Shown piece after piece: positions 26,852-35,635 of a stretch of 45,692 bases of DNA. The DNA comes from Gemmatimonadota bacterium (GTDB lineage: Bacteria; Gemmatimonadota; Gemmatimonadetes; Palauibacterales; Palauibacteraceae). The DNA is taken from positions 1 through 45,692 of the forward strand of contig JBHIAV010000020.1 of NCBI GenBank assembly GCA_046758745.1, read 5' to 3'. The translations under genes and the position numbers were made by a program. How positions within the stretch are numbered: the first letter of the stretch is position 1; every line of letters starts with the position of its first letter. The notes beneath the pieces are model-generated. The model made no database searches and had not been told where the DNA came from. It worked only from the letters and a program-made list of their open reading frames with translations.

Positions 26852-27480
26852 TGACATGGAGATCGTGGGGCGCGTTCTTCGCCCTGCTGCTGTTCGGACT
26901 CACCGTCGGCAAGACAGCCGGCGCCCAGACGCCGGAGGCCCAGACGCCCTGCACCCAGACGCCCGAGGCTCAGACGCCGGAGGCTCAGGCGCCCTGCACC
27001 CAGACGCCGGAGCCCCAGATGCCGGAGCCCCAGACGCCGGAGGCCCAGGCACCCGAGGCTCAGACGCCGGAGGCCCAGGCACCCGAGGCTCAGACGCCGG
27101 AGGCCCAGGTGCCGGAGGCCCAGGAGCCCGAGGCTCAGACGCCCGACCAGGCGCAGGAGACGGCCGCTGGCTCCCCGGCCGAGAAGCTCAATCCGTACAC
27201 CGGCGACGAGGAGGCCATCGCCGCGGGGCGCAAGCTGTTCCTGAAGTTCAACTGCTACGGCTGCCACGGGACGCAGGGTGGAGGCGGGATGGGGAAGCCG
27301 ATCAACGACACCAGGTGGGCGTACGGCGGCGATGACGCGTCCGTGCTCGAGACGATCCGCAACGGGCGCGAGGGCGGGATGCCGGCCTTCAGGGACATCC
27401 TGACGGAGGACGAGATCTGGAAGGTGATGGCGTTTCTCCGCTCCCTGTATAAGGGCGATCCCGAAGCGATCGTCTGGTAG
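26851..27480 (+). CDS. xoxG: cytochrome c (XoxG-like) with N-terminal QTPEA-repeat linker
   Basis: Signal peptide; NPYTGD, NCYGCHG heme motif, GGGMG, GMPAF; coupled to the xoxJ stop (alternative GTG 26848). Confidence 0.88.
   Translation: MTWRSWGAFFALLLFGLTVGKTAGAQTPEAQTPCTQTPEAQTPEAQAPCTQTPEPQMPEPQTPEAQAPEAQTPEAQAPEAQTPEAQVPEAQEPEAQTPDQAQETAAGSPAEKLNPYTGDEEAIAAGRKLFLKFNCYGCHGTQGGGGMGKPINDTRWAYGGDDASVLETIRNGREGGMPAFRDILTEDEIWKVMAFLRSLYKGDPEAIVW
26926..27150 (+). repeat. 15 x 15-bp coding tandem repeat (consensus CAGACGCCGGAGGCC, QTPEA)
   Basis: Units read QTPEA QTPCT QTPEA QTPEA QAPCT QTPEP QMPEP QTPEA QAPEA QTPEA QAPEA QTPEA QVPEA QEPEA QTPDQ. Confidence 0.93.
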
Positions 27481-27505
27481 GGCGGACGGGCCGATCAGAA
27501 AGAGC

Positions 27506-28801
27506 GTGCGCGACTGGACCCGTCGGGAGCTCCTGCGGGAGGCTGCCGTCCTCGGTGCCGGGGCGATGCTTCCCGTCGAGGCCCTGCGGGCACGATCCTC
27601 TCTCTTCTCCTCCCCCCCCGCCGATGAGGATACGTTCCGCATCGGCCTGGTAGTGCCGCTCACCGGCCCCCTCGCTGAGGGGGGTAGAGCGTCGGTGCGC
27701 GGCGCCGAGCTGGGCGCCGCGGAGGCCAACCATGTGGCGGGACTCCTCGGAAAGCGATTCGAGCTGGTCGTAGCCCCGGCCGCGGGGCCCGACGACAGCG
27801 AGCGGGAGGCCCGCCGCGTGGCCGAAGAGGAGGGGGTCTTCGCCCTCGCTGGGGGACTCGGCGAGGCCGCCTGCTCCGCCCTGGGCGAGGCGGCGGATCG
27901 CCTCGGGGTGATCTTCTTCAACATCGGGTCTCCGAGCGATGCGCTCCGGGGGGAGGGCTGTCGGCGCTTCACCTTCCATGTCGAGGCGAGCGCCGCCATG
28001 TATGCGGACGCTACCGCCCAATGGCTCGTCCGGGAGACGCATCTGAGGCGATGGCACTTCGTGCTCCCGGATACGGAGGGTGGAGAGCGCACGTACCGGC
28101 GGGTCCGCGCCGCTCTGGTCGAGCAGGGCGGTGAGGAGACGGGAACCCGCCGTGTCGCTCCGGCGGCGGCGGATCCGGGCCCGCTGCTGCGGGAGCTCCG
28201 CCGCGTCGGGCCGGACGTGGTCTTCCTCGGGCTGAACGGATCCCTCAGGGAAGCGTTCCTCGCCCGCTACCGCTCGGAAGGGGCCGGCGTGGGGTTCGAG
28301 GTCACCGGGCCTCCCATCAGCACACTCAGGCTGTGGAACGCGCCTCCCGAGAGCCGGGCCGGCGTGTGGCCGACCCTATGGCATCACAAGCTCTTTCGCT
28401 ATGGAGCGGAGCAGATAAACGACCGCTTTCGTCGTCAGTTCGTCCGAGCGCTCGATGCGCACGGCTGGGCCGGCTGGATGGCGGTGAAGGCGCTGGTCGA
28501 CTCCGTGTTACGGGCCCGGACGAGCGATGCGCCCGAGCTCGTTCGCTTTCTCGAGCGCAGGGGTACCCAGTTCGACGGGCACAAGGGGAGGCAGCTGACC
28601 TTCCGGCCGTGGGATCACCAGCTTCGCCAGCCCGTGTATCTCATCCGCGCGAAGGACCGGGGAGAGGACCGATGGGATGTGTTCAGCGGTGTGGCCGAGC
28701 TACCGAAGGGAGAGCCTGGAGCCGGGGTCTCGTCGGCGGAGTACCTGGATCGCATCGGGGACGGGCGAACCGAGACCGCATGCCGCTTCTCGGACCGTTG
28801 A
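27506..28801 (+). CDS. Tat-exported ABC substrate-binding protein (branched-chain type, PQQ-ADH-system associated)
   Basis: TRRELL Tat motif; RIGLVVPLTG, DALRGEGC, RYGAEQINDRF, FDGHKGRQLTFRPWDHQLRQP. Confidence 0.85.
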   Translation: MRDWTRRELLREAAVLGAGAMLPVEALRARSSLFSSPPADEDTFRIGLVVPLTGPLAEGGRASVRGAELGAAEANHVAGLLGKRFELVVAPAAGPDDSEREARRVAEEEGVFALAGGLGEAACSALGEAADRLGVIFFNIGSPSDALRGEGCRRFTFHVEASAAMYADATAQWLVRETHLRRWHFVLPDTEGGERTYRRVRAALVEQGGEETGTRRVAPAAADPGPLLRELRRVGPDVVFLGLNGSLREAFLARYRSEGAGVGFEVTGPPISTLRLWNAPPESRAGVWPTLWHHKLFRYGAEQINDRFRRQFVRALDAHGWAGWMAVKALVDSVLRARTSDAPELVRFLERRGTQFDGHKGRQLTFRPWDHQLRQPVYLIRAKDRGEDRWDVFSGVAELPKGEPGAGVSSAEYLDRIGDGRTETACRFSDR

Positions 28802-28872
28802 CGGCGGAAAAGGCGCGACTCGCCTCGAGTGCGGCTCAATGCGACGCCCGTCAGGCTGACCGGGAGAGTAAC

Positions 28873-29883
28873 ATGCAAGGATCCGTGTGGGGTCGCTTGC
28901 GGCACGTCGGGGCCGCCTGTCTCCTCCTCTCGGTCTCCCCGCCCGGAGTGGCCGGACAATCGGCCCCGCTCGTGTATGTGACGAACGAGCGCTCGGGCGA
29001 CATCACCGTCATCGACACGGGTTCCGACCAGGTGGTGGCGACGATCCCCGTAGGGGAAGGACGACCGAGGGGGATCCAGGTGAGTCCGGATGGCCGGACC
29101 GTGTACGTGGCGCTGAGCGATGATGCCCGAACCATCGAGACTGACCGCGATGCGATCGCCATCGTCGACGTGGCTTCCGGCGAAGTCACGGAGCGACTGC
29201 CCGGCGGCACGGATCCGGAGCAGTTCGCTGTGAGTCCGGACGGTTCCCGACTGTACGTGGCCAATGAGGATGCCGGGACGGCCTCGATCATCGACCTCGC
29301 GAGCGGTCGGGTGCTCGCCACTCTGACGGTCGGCATCGAGCCGGAGGGAGTGGCGGTGAGTCCGGACGGTCGCTGGGTGTACGTGACGGCCGAGACCAGC
29401 AACACGGTGTCCGTGATCGACGCCGAGGGGGGCCGAGTGGCGGCCACCTTCCTGGTCGACATCCGACCCCGGGCAGCCGCGTTCTCTCCCGACGGCCGCA
29501 GGGCTTACGTCACCGCGGAGATCGGCGGCACGCTCTCCGTGGTCGACGCGGAGGCGCACAAGGTGATCGATGTCATCGAGCTCGAGGCCGGTGAGGCGAA
29601 GCCCGTGGGCGTCGCCGTGTCTCCCGATGGCCGAAGGGCGTATGTGGCGAACGGCCACGCCGACAACGTGGCCGTCATCGACGCAGAGACGCTCCAGGTC
29701 ATCGCCACGGTGGCCGTGGGGACTCGCCCGTGGGGGATCGCGGTGACCCCGGACGGAAGGAAAATCTACACCGCCAACGGCGTCTCCGGTGATGTCTCCG
29801 TGATCGATGCGAAGACCCTCCAGGTCATCGCTACGATCCCGGCCGGCGAGGGACCGTGGGGGGTGGCGGTCGTCGGTGGATAG
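28873..29883 (+). CDS. YVTN beta-propeller (PQQ-catabolism associated)
   Basis: Repeated YVTNE/YVAN...VID...P.G..VSPDG blades; signal peptide. Confidence 0.88.
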   Translation: MQGSVWGRLRHVGAACLLLSVSPPGVAGQSAPLVYVTNERSGDITVIDTGSDQVVATIPVGEGRPRGIQVSPDGRTVYVALSDDARTIETDRDAIAIVDVASGEVTERLPGGTDPEQFAVSPDGSRLYVANEDAGTASIIDLASGRVLATLTVGIEPEGVAVSPDGRWVYVTAETSNTVSVIDAEGGRVAATFLVDIRPRAAAFSPDGRRAYVTAEIGGTLSVVDAEAHKVIDVIELEAGEAKPVGVAVSPDGRRAYVANGHADNVAVIDAETLQVIATVAVGTRPWGIAVTPDGRKIYTANGVSGDVSVIDAKTLQVIATIPAGEGPWGVAVVGG

Positions 29884-29917
29884 ATCGCCACGGCCGCAGG
29901 ACCAAGCGAAGCGCCCC

Positions 29918-30460
29918 TCAGATGAGGCCCCGCCGAGCCGGAAGCGACCGGGGGAAGCGCCGCGAAAGCCAACCGTCGAGGCCCCAGCTGCGACCCGCCC
30001 GTGCGCCGAGGAACGCCACCATGCACGCGATCAGCAGGAGGTGGAACCCCTGCTGGCAGTAGCCGACCCCGAAGGTCGCCAGCAGATAGTTGCCCATGAC
30101 GACGAGACCGATCGCGGAAGCGACGGGAGTGGCAAACCCGAGGGTGAGCCCGAGCCCTACGAAGGTCTCGCCGAACGCGGTCAGATGCGCGAAGAGCGGC
30201 GCGTTCGGAACGACCGTGCCCATCAGGAAGTCGGCGTACCAGTCCACGCGAACCGTCTCCGCGTATCGGGTGAGGAGGGTGGGCATGATGCTCACCCAGC
30301 GCTCCGAGGCGCGTGGAAGCGGCAGGAAACCCAGCGCGAGGAAGCCGCTCAGCTTGGTGAGGGCGCTCTTCGCGAACCACATTCCGACCGCGATGCGGAG
30401 CGCGGCCAGCCACCGGTCCGGATTGCGGGGCATGCGCCGATCGTCCTCGCGGTGTGCCAT
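29918..30460 (-). CDS. DoxX-family membrane protein
   Basis: LRIAVGMWF, GETFVGLGLTLG, AGRSWGLDG, several TM helices; ATG after AAAGGA. Confidence 0.8.
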   Translation of the reverse strand: MAHREDDRRMPRNPDRWLAALRIAVGMWFAKSALTKLSGFLALGFLPLPRASERWVSIMPTLLTRYAETVRVDWYADFLMGTVVPNAPLFAHLTAFGETFVGLGLTLGFATPVASAIGLVVMGNYLLATFGVGYCQQGFHLLLIACMVAFLGARAGRSWGLDGWLSRRFPRSLPARRGLI

Positions 30461-30959
30461 CACACCGTTCCTTTCACCAGAGGTCCGGCGACACCGCGCC
30501 GCCGAGGGGAGTCGTGGTGCCCCAGCCAGGGGGACACTCGTATCGTGCGTGGCCGCAACGATAACACCACGGGGCAAGGGCGGCGATTCGAACTCGCGGG
30601 CCCTGCGGACCCCGGGCCGGGAGGGAGGGTAGGCGGGGTGGAGGCCCCGGGGAACCTGCGAGAGGATTGGCGCATTACCGGGAAGGTGCCGGCGGATGAG
30701 CCGGCCCCGGAGTGGTGGGCAGCCACGGGAGCCCGCCCGGCTCGCTGCAGCTCCAGCCCCGGGAGGCCGTTTCTGGCCTTCGGCGTGGCGCGAGAAGCGG
30801 GGCTGGGGGCGAGGGTTTGGCCCGGAAGTTGCTCGAGATGCTTGACATGAGGGAGCCTCGTGCGCGTTGCCGGGGCGATCCCGACGGGTGAACCGGCGGT
30901 ATCGGTCGGAGGGGCGCCGGGTTGTGTGCTCCCGCAGTGGCATAGATGGGAGTAGATGT

Positions 30960-31664
30960 ATGAAAAACATAGATTCAGACCGTGCGCCCGAGGCCGGACG
31001 AAGGATCCGGCCGCCGCCCCGCTACGTGCTGGGCCTGTGGAGAGGCGCCCTGTTCTTCTTCCTGATCGCCTTCGCCGCCGAGGCCCGGGCCATCGAGGCC
31101 GAGGCTGCCGATCTGCTGGAATTGCAGGACAATGGGCCTGACGGGATGACCGACGGCTGGCGCTCGCCGTTCGGTGAGGAACGCTCCACAAGCGTCGCCG
31201 TGCCGATGGTCGTCGGGGAGCTCTTCATCATCTCCGCGCCCGTGAGCTCGATCCTCCACGAGCTGTGGCTGGAGAGTGTCGAGGTGCAGCAGGAGCGGGT
31301 CGCCTGCCTGGGCGGGTATTTCGACGAGCGCGACAACGCGGTCCACATCACCAGGGTGGACAGGGTCCCGGCCAGAGCGGACTCTCTTCGCTCGGAAGCC
31401 GGGCCGTCGCTGGCGCGGTGCGGGACGCCGATGTGGAGCGGCACCGTCCACACGCATATCGCCCTGTACCGCGGATATCCGTACGCGACGTTCTCCGTGA
31501 ACGACCGGGCTGTCATGGCACTCTGGCGGTCCAGGTGGAAGGCGGAGGGCCTCTTCTGCGTCCTCTATTCGGAGACGCTGGCATATTGCGAGTGGGGGCC
31601 GGCCTTGAGCGCCGACGTGGCGTACAACGAGACCCCCGCCATGGTGGTCAGCGCCGGGGAATAG
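30960..31664 (+). CDS. hypothetical exported protein with JAB/JAMM-like motif
   Basis: Hydrophobic N-terminus ending AEARA; ERVACLGG...GTVHTH...FSVND. Confidence 0.6.
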   Translation: MKNIDSDRAPEAGRRIRPPPRYVLGLWRGALFFFLIAFAAEARAIEAEAADLLELQDNGPDGMTDGWRSPFGEERSTSVAVPMVVGELFIISAPVSSILHELWLESVEVQQERVACLGGYFDERDNAVHITRVDRVPARADSLRSEAGPSLARCGTPMWSGTVHTHIALYRGYPYATFSVNDRAVMALWRSRWKAEGLFCVLYSETLAYCEWGPALSADVAYNETPAMVVSAGE

Positions 31665-32091
31665 CGCTCCCCCGCAGGCGTGCCCGCGCGATCGACATCG
31701 CGCTCACCAGCCGGGTCTCCACTCGGTCCGGCGAGGCGTAGTATCCTGCCAGGGAGGCGGCGTATTCGTGCGGCGCCTCAGGGAGCGGGAGCTCCCCCGC
31801 GGCGCGCAACCGGTCCAGCTCTTGCTCCAGGGCGGCCGTCCCGCGGAGCGCCTGAGCCGTCGCTGCGCCGGCCAGGAACCCTGCCACGTACGCCTCCCGG
31901 ACCTCGGAAGACCAGCTCAGGTAGTCGCGGCCGTCCAGTCGGAAGGGGTCCGACTCGCCCCGGGAGGGGATCGAGCCGAAGAACCCGGCGCCTCCGAGCC
32001 AGAGGAGCGCGGTCGCGACCGCCGCGGGACGGAAGGGGAAGGTCCGGAGTCCGAGGGCTCCGGCCCGGTGGATGTCTCGGCCGCGCCTCAC
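31648..32091 (-). CDS. hypothetical exported protein, paralog of 32088-32486
   Basis: GTG overlaps the upstream stop; signal-like segment; REAYVAGFLAGAA motif. Confidence 0.65.
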   Translation of the reverse strand: MRRGRDIHRAGALGLRTFPFRPAAVATALLWLGGAGFFGSIPSRGESDPFRLDGRDYLSWSSEVREAYVAGFLAGAATAQALRGTAALEQELDRLRAAGELPLPEAPHEYAASLAGYYASPDRVETRLVSAMSIARARLRGSAIPRR

Positions 32092-32486
32092 GGTGAGAGC
32101 GACCGGTCGATCGTGTGCAGCGCGCGGACGAGTCGGTCTCCGCGGTGGTTTTCCCAAAAATAGTGGTCGGCAAGGCGCGCCAGATAGACGTTCGGGTGAA
32201 GATCGAAGGTAAGGCGGCGTTCCTCGAGCAGGCGGTCGATCCCCGCGGCCACGGCATCGCCCGCCTTCGGGCCGCCGGCCTCGGTCCACGCTGCGCCGGC
32301 GACGAATCCTGACAGGTAAGCCTGTCGGGCGTCGGATCCGAGCTTCTGCCACTCCCGGTACCCCCACGTCAGCACATCGGTAGGCTCCATCCGGCCCCGA
32401 TATCGGGCGCCCTGGGCCGCGGAGCCCACGCTCGCCAACGCCCACGCCAGGACGGGTATGAGGGGGAGCAGCGTGCGCCTACCCAT
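32088..32486 (-). CDS. hypothetical exported protein
   Basis: Signal peptide MGRRTLLPLIPVLAWALA; RQAYLSGFVAGAA; overlaps the sulfocyanin stop. Confidence 0.7.
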   Translation of the reverse strand: MGRRTLLPLIPVLAWALASVGSAAQGARYRGRMEPTDVLTWGYREWQKLGSDARQAYLSGFVAGAAWTEAGGPKAGDAVAAGIDRLLEERRLTFDLHPNVYLARLADHYFWENHRGDRLVRALHTIDRSLSP

Positions 32487-33171
32487 CCCTGCGCATGTCC
32501 GGGACGCGTGCATCCCGCGACACCTCGAACCAGATCCACATCCCGCCCGGTCCGTGGCCCGGGACCCCGCAGTACACACGGAACCTCCCCTCGCGGTCGG
32601 CCACGAATTGAAACGTCACCGGCTTTTCCCGAGAGGAGAGACCCCCGGTGAACGCCCGCGTCGCGGCGCCTGCGAAGGCGATCCTCGCATCACGTCCCGA
32701 GAGGGGGACGGGGTCGTCCGCTTCAATGACGCTGGCGGAGTGCGGCACGTTGGCGTCGAGATTCTGGAAGGTCGCCGTGACCTTCCAGCCGAGGGGCATC
32801 ACGATCGTCGCATTGCCGGCGTAGAAGCCGTCGAAGCTCCACGCCCCGTTCACTCCGCGGTAGCCCGCCCACAGCTTGAGGTCGGCCAGCGAATCGGCGG
32901 GGTCGTAGGCGAGGAACTCGTTCACCTCCACCAGGTCCGAGACGCTCTCCTGGCTGTCGCCGGAACGGACACCATCGGCCTCCCGGTCCCGAGCCGCCTC
33001 GGCTGTAGGGGACTCGCCGGCGTCGCGCGCCTGCCCGTCCCCGGTTCCCGCGTCGGCCGACTTCCCGCCGCAGCCGCTCGCGGCGCCCCACAACAGCGCC
33101 GGAAGCACCAGACCGACCGCCGCCCTGTTGAGTACTCCTCGCAGGGGCCCTCGCGCTCCCCTCAGCCGCAT
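32479..33171 (-). CDS. sulfocyanin (SoxE)-like type-1 blue copper lipoprotein
   Basis: Lipobox-like AASGC; FDGF, VPHSA, YCGVPGHGPGGMW (His, Cys, His, Met copper ligands). Start uncertain (33171 or 33183). Confidence 0.82.
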   Translation of the reverse strand: MRLRGARGPLRGVLNRAAVGLVLPALLWGAASGCGGKSADAGTGDGQARDAGESPTAEAARDREADGVRSGDSQESVSDLVEVNEFLAYDPADSLADLKLWAGYRGVNGAWSFDGFYAGNATIVMPLGWKVTATFQNLDANVPHSASVIEADDPVPLSGRDARIAFAGAATRAFTGGLSSREKPVTFQFVADREGRFRVYCGVPGHGPGGMWIWFEVSRDARVPDMRRDG

Positions 33172-33196
33172 CCTCCGATCCAAGCTGAACGCACCG

Positions 33197-33234
33197 AAAA
33201 AACCGGGGGCAGCGTGGGACGCTGCCCCCGGTTT
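33197..33234 (-). terminator. intrinsic terminator after the second PQQ dehydrogenase
   Basis: 16-bp perfect stem AAACCGGGGGCAGCGT-GGG-ACGCTGCCCCCGGTTT; ends in T6 on the minus strand. Confidence 0.8.
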
Positions 33235-33270
33235 CCCCTACCGGGCCGGGCCCGGCGCCGCCCAAGGCCG

Positions 33271-35025
33271 CTAGCGCGCGAGGGCGAAGGTGAACACCGC
33301 GTCGCCGCGCCGGTAGCCGAGCTGGAAGTTTCCGCCGCACGCCACGGTGACGTACTGACGTCCGTCCAGCTCATACGTCATCGGAGCGGCGTTCGCTCCC
33401 GCGCCGCAGTTGAACTTCCACAGGATGTCGCCCGTCTCGGCGTCGAACGCCTCGAAGTCACCGTTCCCCTCACCCGTGAACACCAGCCCGCCCGCGGTGG
33501 CCAACAGGCCGCCCATCATCGGGTCCTCGGTCTCGTGGCTCCACGCCACGTCGCCGGTGTTGACATCCACCGCGACCACGTACCCCCCCTGGTCCTCGCC
33601 GGGGACGGCGACGAACGCGCTCCCCAGCCACAGCTTGCCCTTCTCATACGGTGAGAAGTGCGTGATGTAGTTCATCGGCTGGTGGAGGGCCGCGATGAAC
33701 TGGTAGCCAAGCTGCGGGTTGAAGGCCGTGGGCGACCACTCCGCCCCGCCGTTCGCTCCGGGGAGCATTCGCACGCCTTCCGCCGTCGGCTGGGCGAACA
33801 GGTTCTCGTGCGGCACCCAGTTCTGCGACCGGCGGATCCGCTCGCCCGTCTCCGCATCGAGCACATACGTCCACCCAGTCTTGCCGGCGTGGATCACCGC
33901 CTTCGTCCCGTCCGAGAGGCGCACCAGAGCCGCCGGGCTCGCCGCGTCGAGGTCCCACACGTCGTGCGGCAGGTACTGGTGGCACCACTTCATCGTCCCG
34001 TCGGCGATGTTGATGGCGCAGATCGACTCGGTCCACCGGTTGTCACCCGGCCGGATCGAGCCGTCCAGGTCGGGGGAGGGATTTCCGATCGACACGAAGA
34101 CGGTCCCCGTCTCGTCATCGATCGCGGGGGTCTGCCAGATGGAGCCGCCGCCCACCTTCCAGCTGTCGGCGTGCTTAGCCGAATCGGCCTTCTCTTGGGC
34201 GATGTCGCGGTTCAGGTTCTCCCCGCCCGGCGTCGTCTCGGCCCACTCGCCCCACCAGCCCCCTTCCTCCGGGGAGGGGATCGTGTGCCAGGTCCAGACC
34301 AGCGCCCCCGTCTCGGCGTCGAAGGCCTTGAGGAAGCCGCGGATCCCGTACTCGGCCCCCGCAGTGCCGATCAGGACCTTCCCCTCGTACACCGTCGGCG
34401 CCATCGTCTCGGAGTAGCCGGCCGCCGGGTCCGCGATCTGCGTCTCCCACACCTTCTCGCCGGTCCTCTGGTCGAGGGCGACGAGGCGGGCGTCCAGCGT
34501 GCCCAGGTACAGCTTGCCGTACGCGGCCGCCACGCCGCGGTTGTTGGGTCCGCAGCAGAAGATGGTCGTCTCCCCCAGCTCGTTCTCCCCCTCGTAGCGC
34601 CACAGCTCTTCCCCCGTACGGGCGTCCACGGCCATGACGTTGTCCCACGGCGTGGTGAGGTACATGACGCCGCCGAACACGAGCGGCGTGTTCTCGAAGG
34701 ACCCGAGGCGGCCCGCGCCCGTCTGGTACACCCACACCGGCACGAGCCCCGACACGTTCTGGCGATTGATCTGGTCGAGCGGCGACCAGCGCCGGTTCGT
34801 GTAGTCCTTGCCGTACATGCGCCACTCCGAGGCCTCATCCACGGCGCCCTTGAGGTCGGAGTCGCTCAGGCTGGCGAACGTGGGTGGGGCCGCCTCCTCG
34901 GCCGGCGGGGCTTCCTCCGCCGGCCTTCCCGTGTCCGCCGGTTGACAGGCGAGGCCCAGCAGCCCCGCGGCAAGCGCGGCCAGCCACCGGGTGGAACCGA
35001 CGAACTCCTGGCGTAAGCTCTCCAT
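33271..35025 (-). CDS. second PQQ-dependent alcohol dehydrogenase, lipoprotein, probably lanthanide-binding
   Basis: Lipobox LLGLAC; IFCCGPNNRG, GAEYGIRG, IGNPSPD, HDVWDLDAASP (D-x-D), PGANGGAEWSP. ATG after GAGGAGG. Confidence 0.9.
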   Translation of the reverse strand: MESLRQEFVGSTRWLAALAAGLLGLACQPADTGRPAEEAPPAEEAAPPTFASLSDSDLKGAVDEASEWRMYGKDYTNRRWSPLDQINRQNVSGLVPVWVYQTGAGRLGSFENTPLVFGGVMYLTTPWDNVMAVDARTGEELWRYEGENELGETTIFCCGPNNRGVAAAYGKLYLGTLDARLVALDQRTGEKVWETQIADPAAGYSETMAPTVYEGKVLIGTAGAEYGIRGFLKAFDAETGALVWTWHTIPSPEEGGWWGEWAETTPGGENLNRDIAQEKADSAKHADSWKVGGGSIWQTPAIDDETGTVFVSIGNPSPDLDGSIRPGDNRWTESICAINIADGTMKWCHQYLPHDVWDLDAASPAALVRLSDGTKAVIHAGKTGWTYVLDAETGERIRRSQNWVPHENLFAQPTAEGVRMLPGANGGAEWSPTAFNPQLGYQFIAALHQPMNYITHFSPYEKGKLWLGSAFVAVPGEDQGGYVVAVDVNTGDVAWSHETEDPMMGGLLATAGGLVFTGEGNGDFEAFDAETGDILWKFNCGAGANAAPMTYELDGRQYVTVACGGNFQLGYRRGDAVFTFALAR

Positions 35026-35635
35026 AAGTGCCTCCTCGGAAACGTTACCGGCGCTCGCGAACGCCCGTTCGGGCCGCCCCAACGGCCCGCGACGATGGGC
35101 GATTCGCGGAGGTCCCGGCGCGGCTGGGCAGCGGCGAGCGGCACACGGCGGGAGCCGGCGCCGATCGCACGAAAGACGCGTATGGACGATCGTCGCCTCG
35201 CAGGCGCCCGGCGTCGGACGCGTGAGCGTGGGGAAAGGACGAAGCTCGCTGTGTGGCGAGAAACAAATGCGCCGGCCTCCCAACTCGTGTTCGGGTGAAA
35301 GCGCTGGCGCGCGTGCCCCCAGGAGTCTGCCCGTAGCAACACAGGGTAACGACTTCCGCCCAGGATCGTCAACTAGCCCGGCTCTTCCGAGGCTTGACGG
35401 GCCGGCCCCTCGCCGGGAGATTTCAGCACTTCGCGCTCGGTGCCAAGGGCCCGTCTGCCGCGGCTCCGGTGATCCACGCATCGGCGGAAGCCACGCGCGA
35501 CGGGCGGGGGCCGGGCCCATCCGGCTTCTGAGGGCGCCGCCTCCAGTCACGTCCGGCGCCTTGTCCATCCGAGTGCGGAGGGCGCCGCCGGCCGTACCCG
35601 CCGCCGGCGCCGACCGAACGAAAGGAGGGGGCTCA

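Noticed and set aside
26926-27150. 15-bp repeats as a CRISPR or non-coding array
   Set aside because: In-frame coding repeat with synonymous variation and no spacers.
30461-30959. pqqA or lanmodulin small gene in intergenic gaps (also 23295-23982, 35026-35635)
   Set aside because: No convincing ExxxY precursor peptide or EF-hand motif seen by eye.
33186-33196. TGAACGCACCG matching the third rbcL-upstream repeat unit
   Set aside because: A single 11-mer lacking the TCA half; could be chance.
34991-35635. Long N-terminal extensions of the TonB receptor and PQQ-DH ORFs
   Set aside because: RBS-supported starts with signal peptides lie at 35636 and 35025; the gap is a divergent intergenic region.
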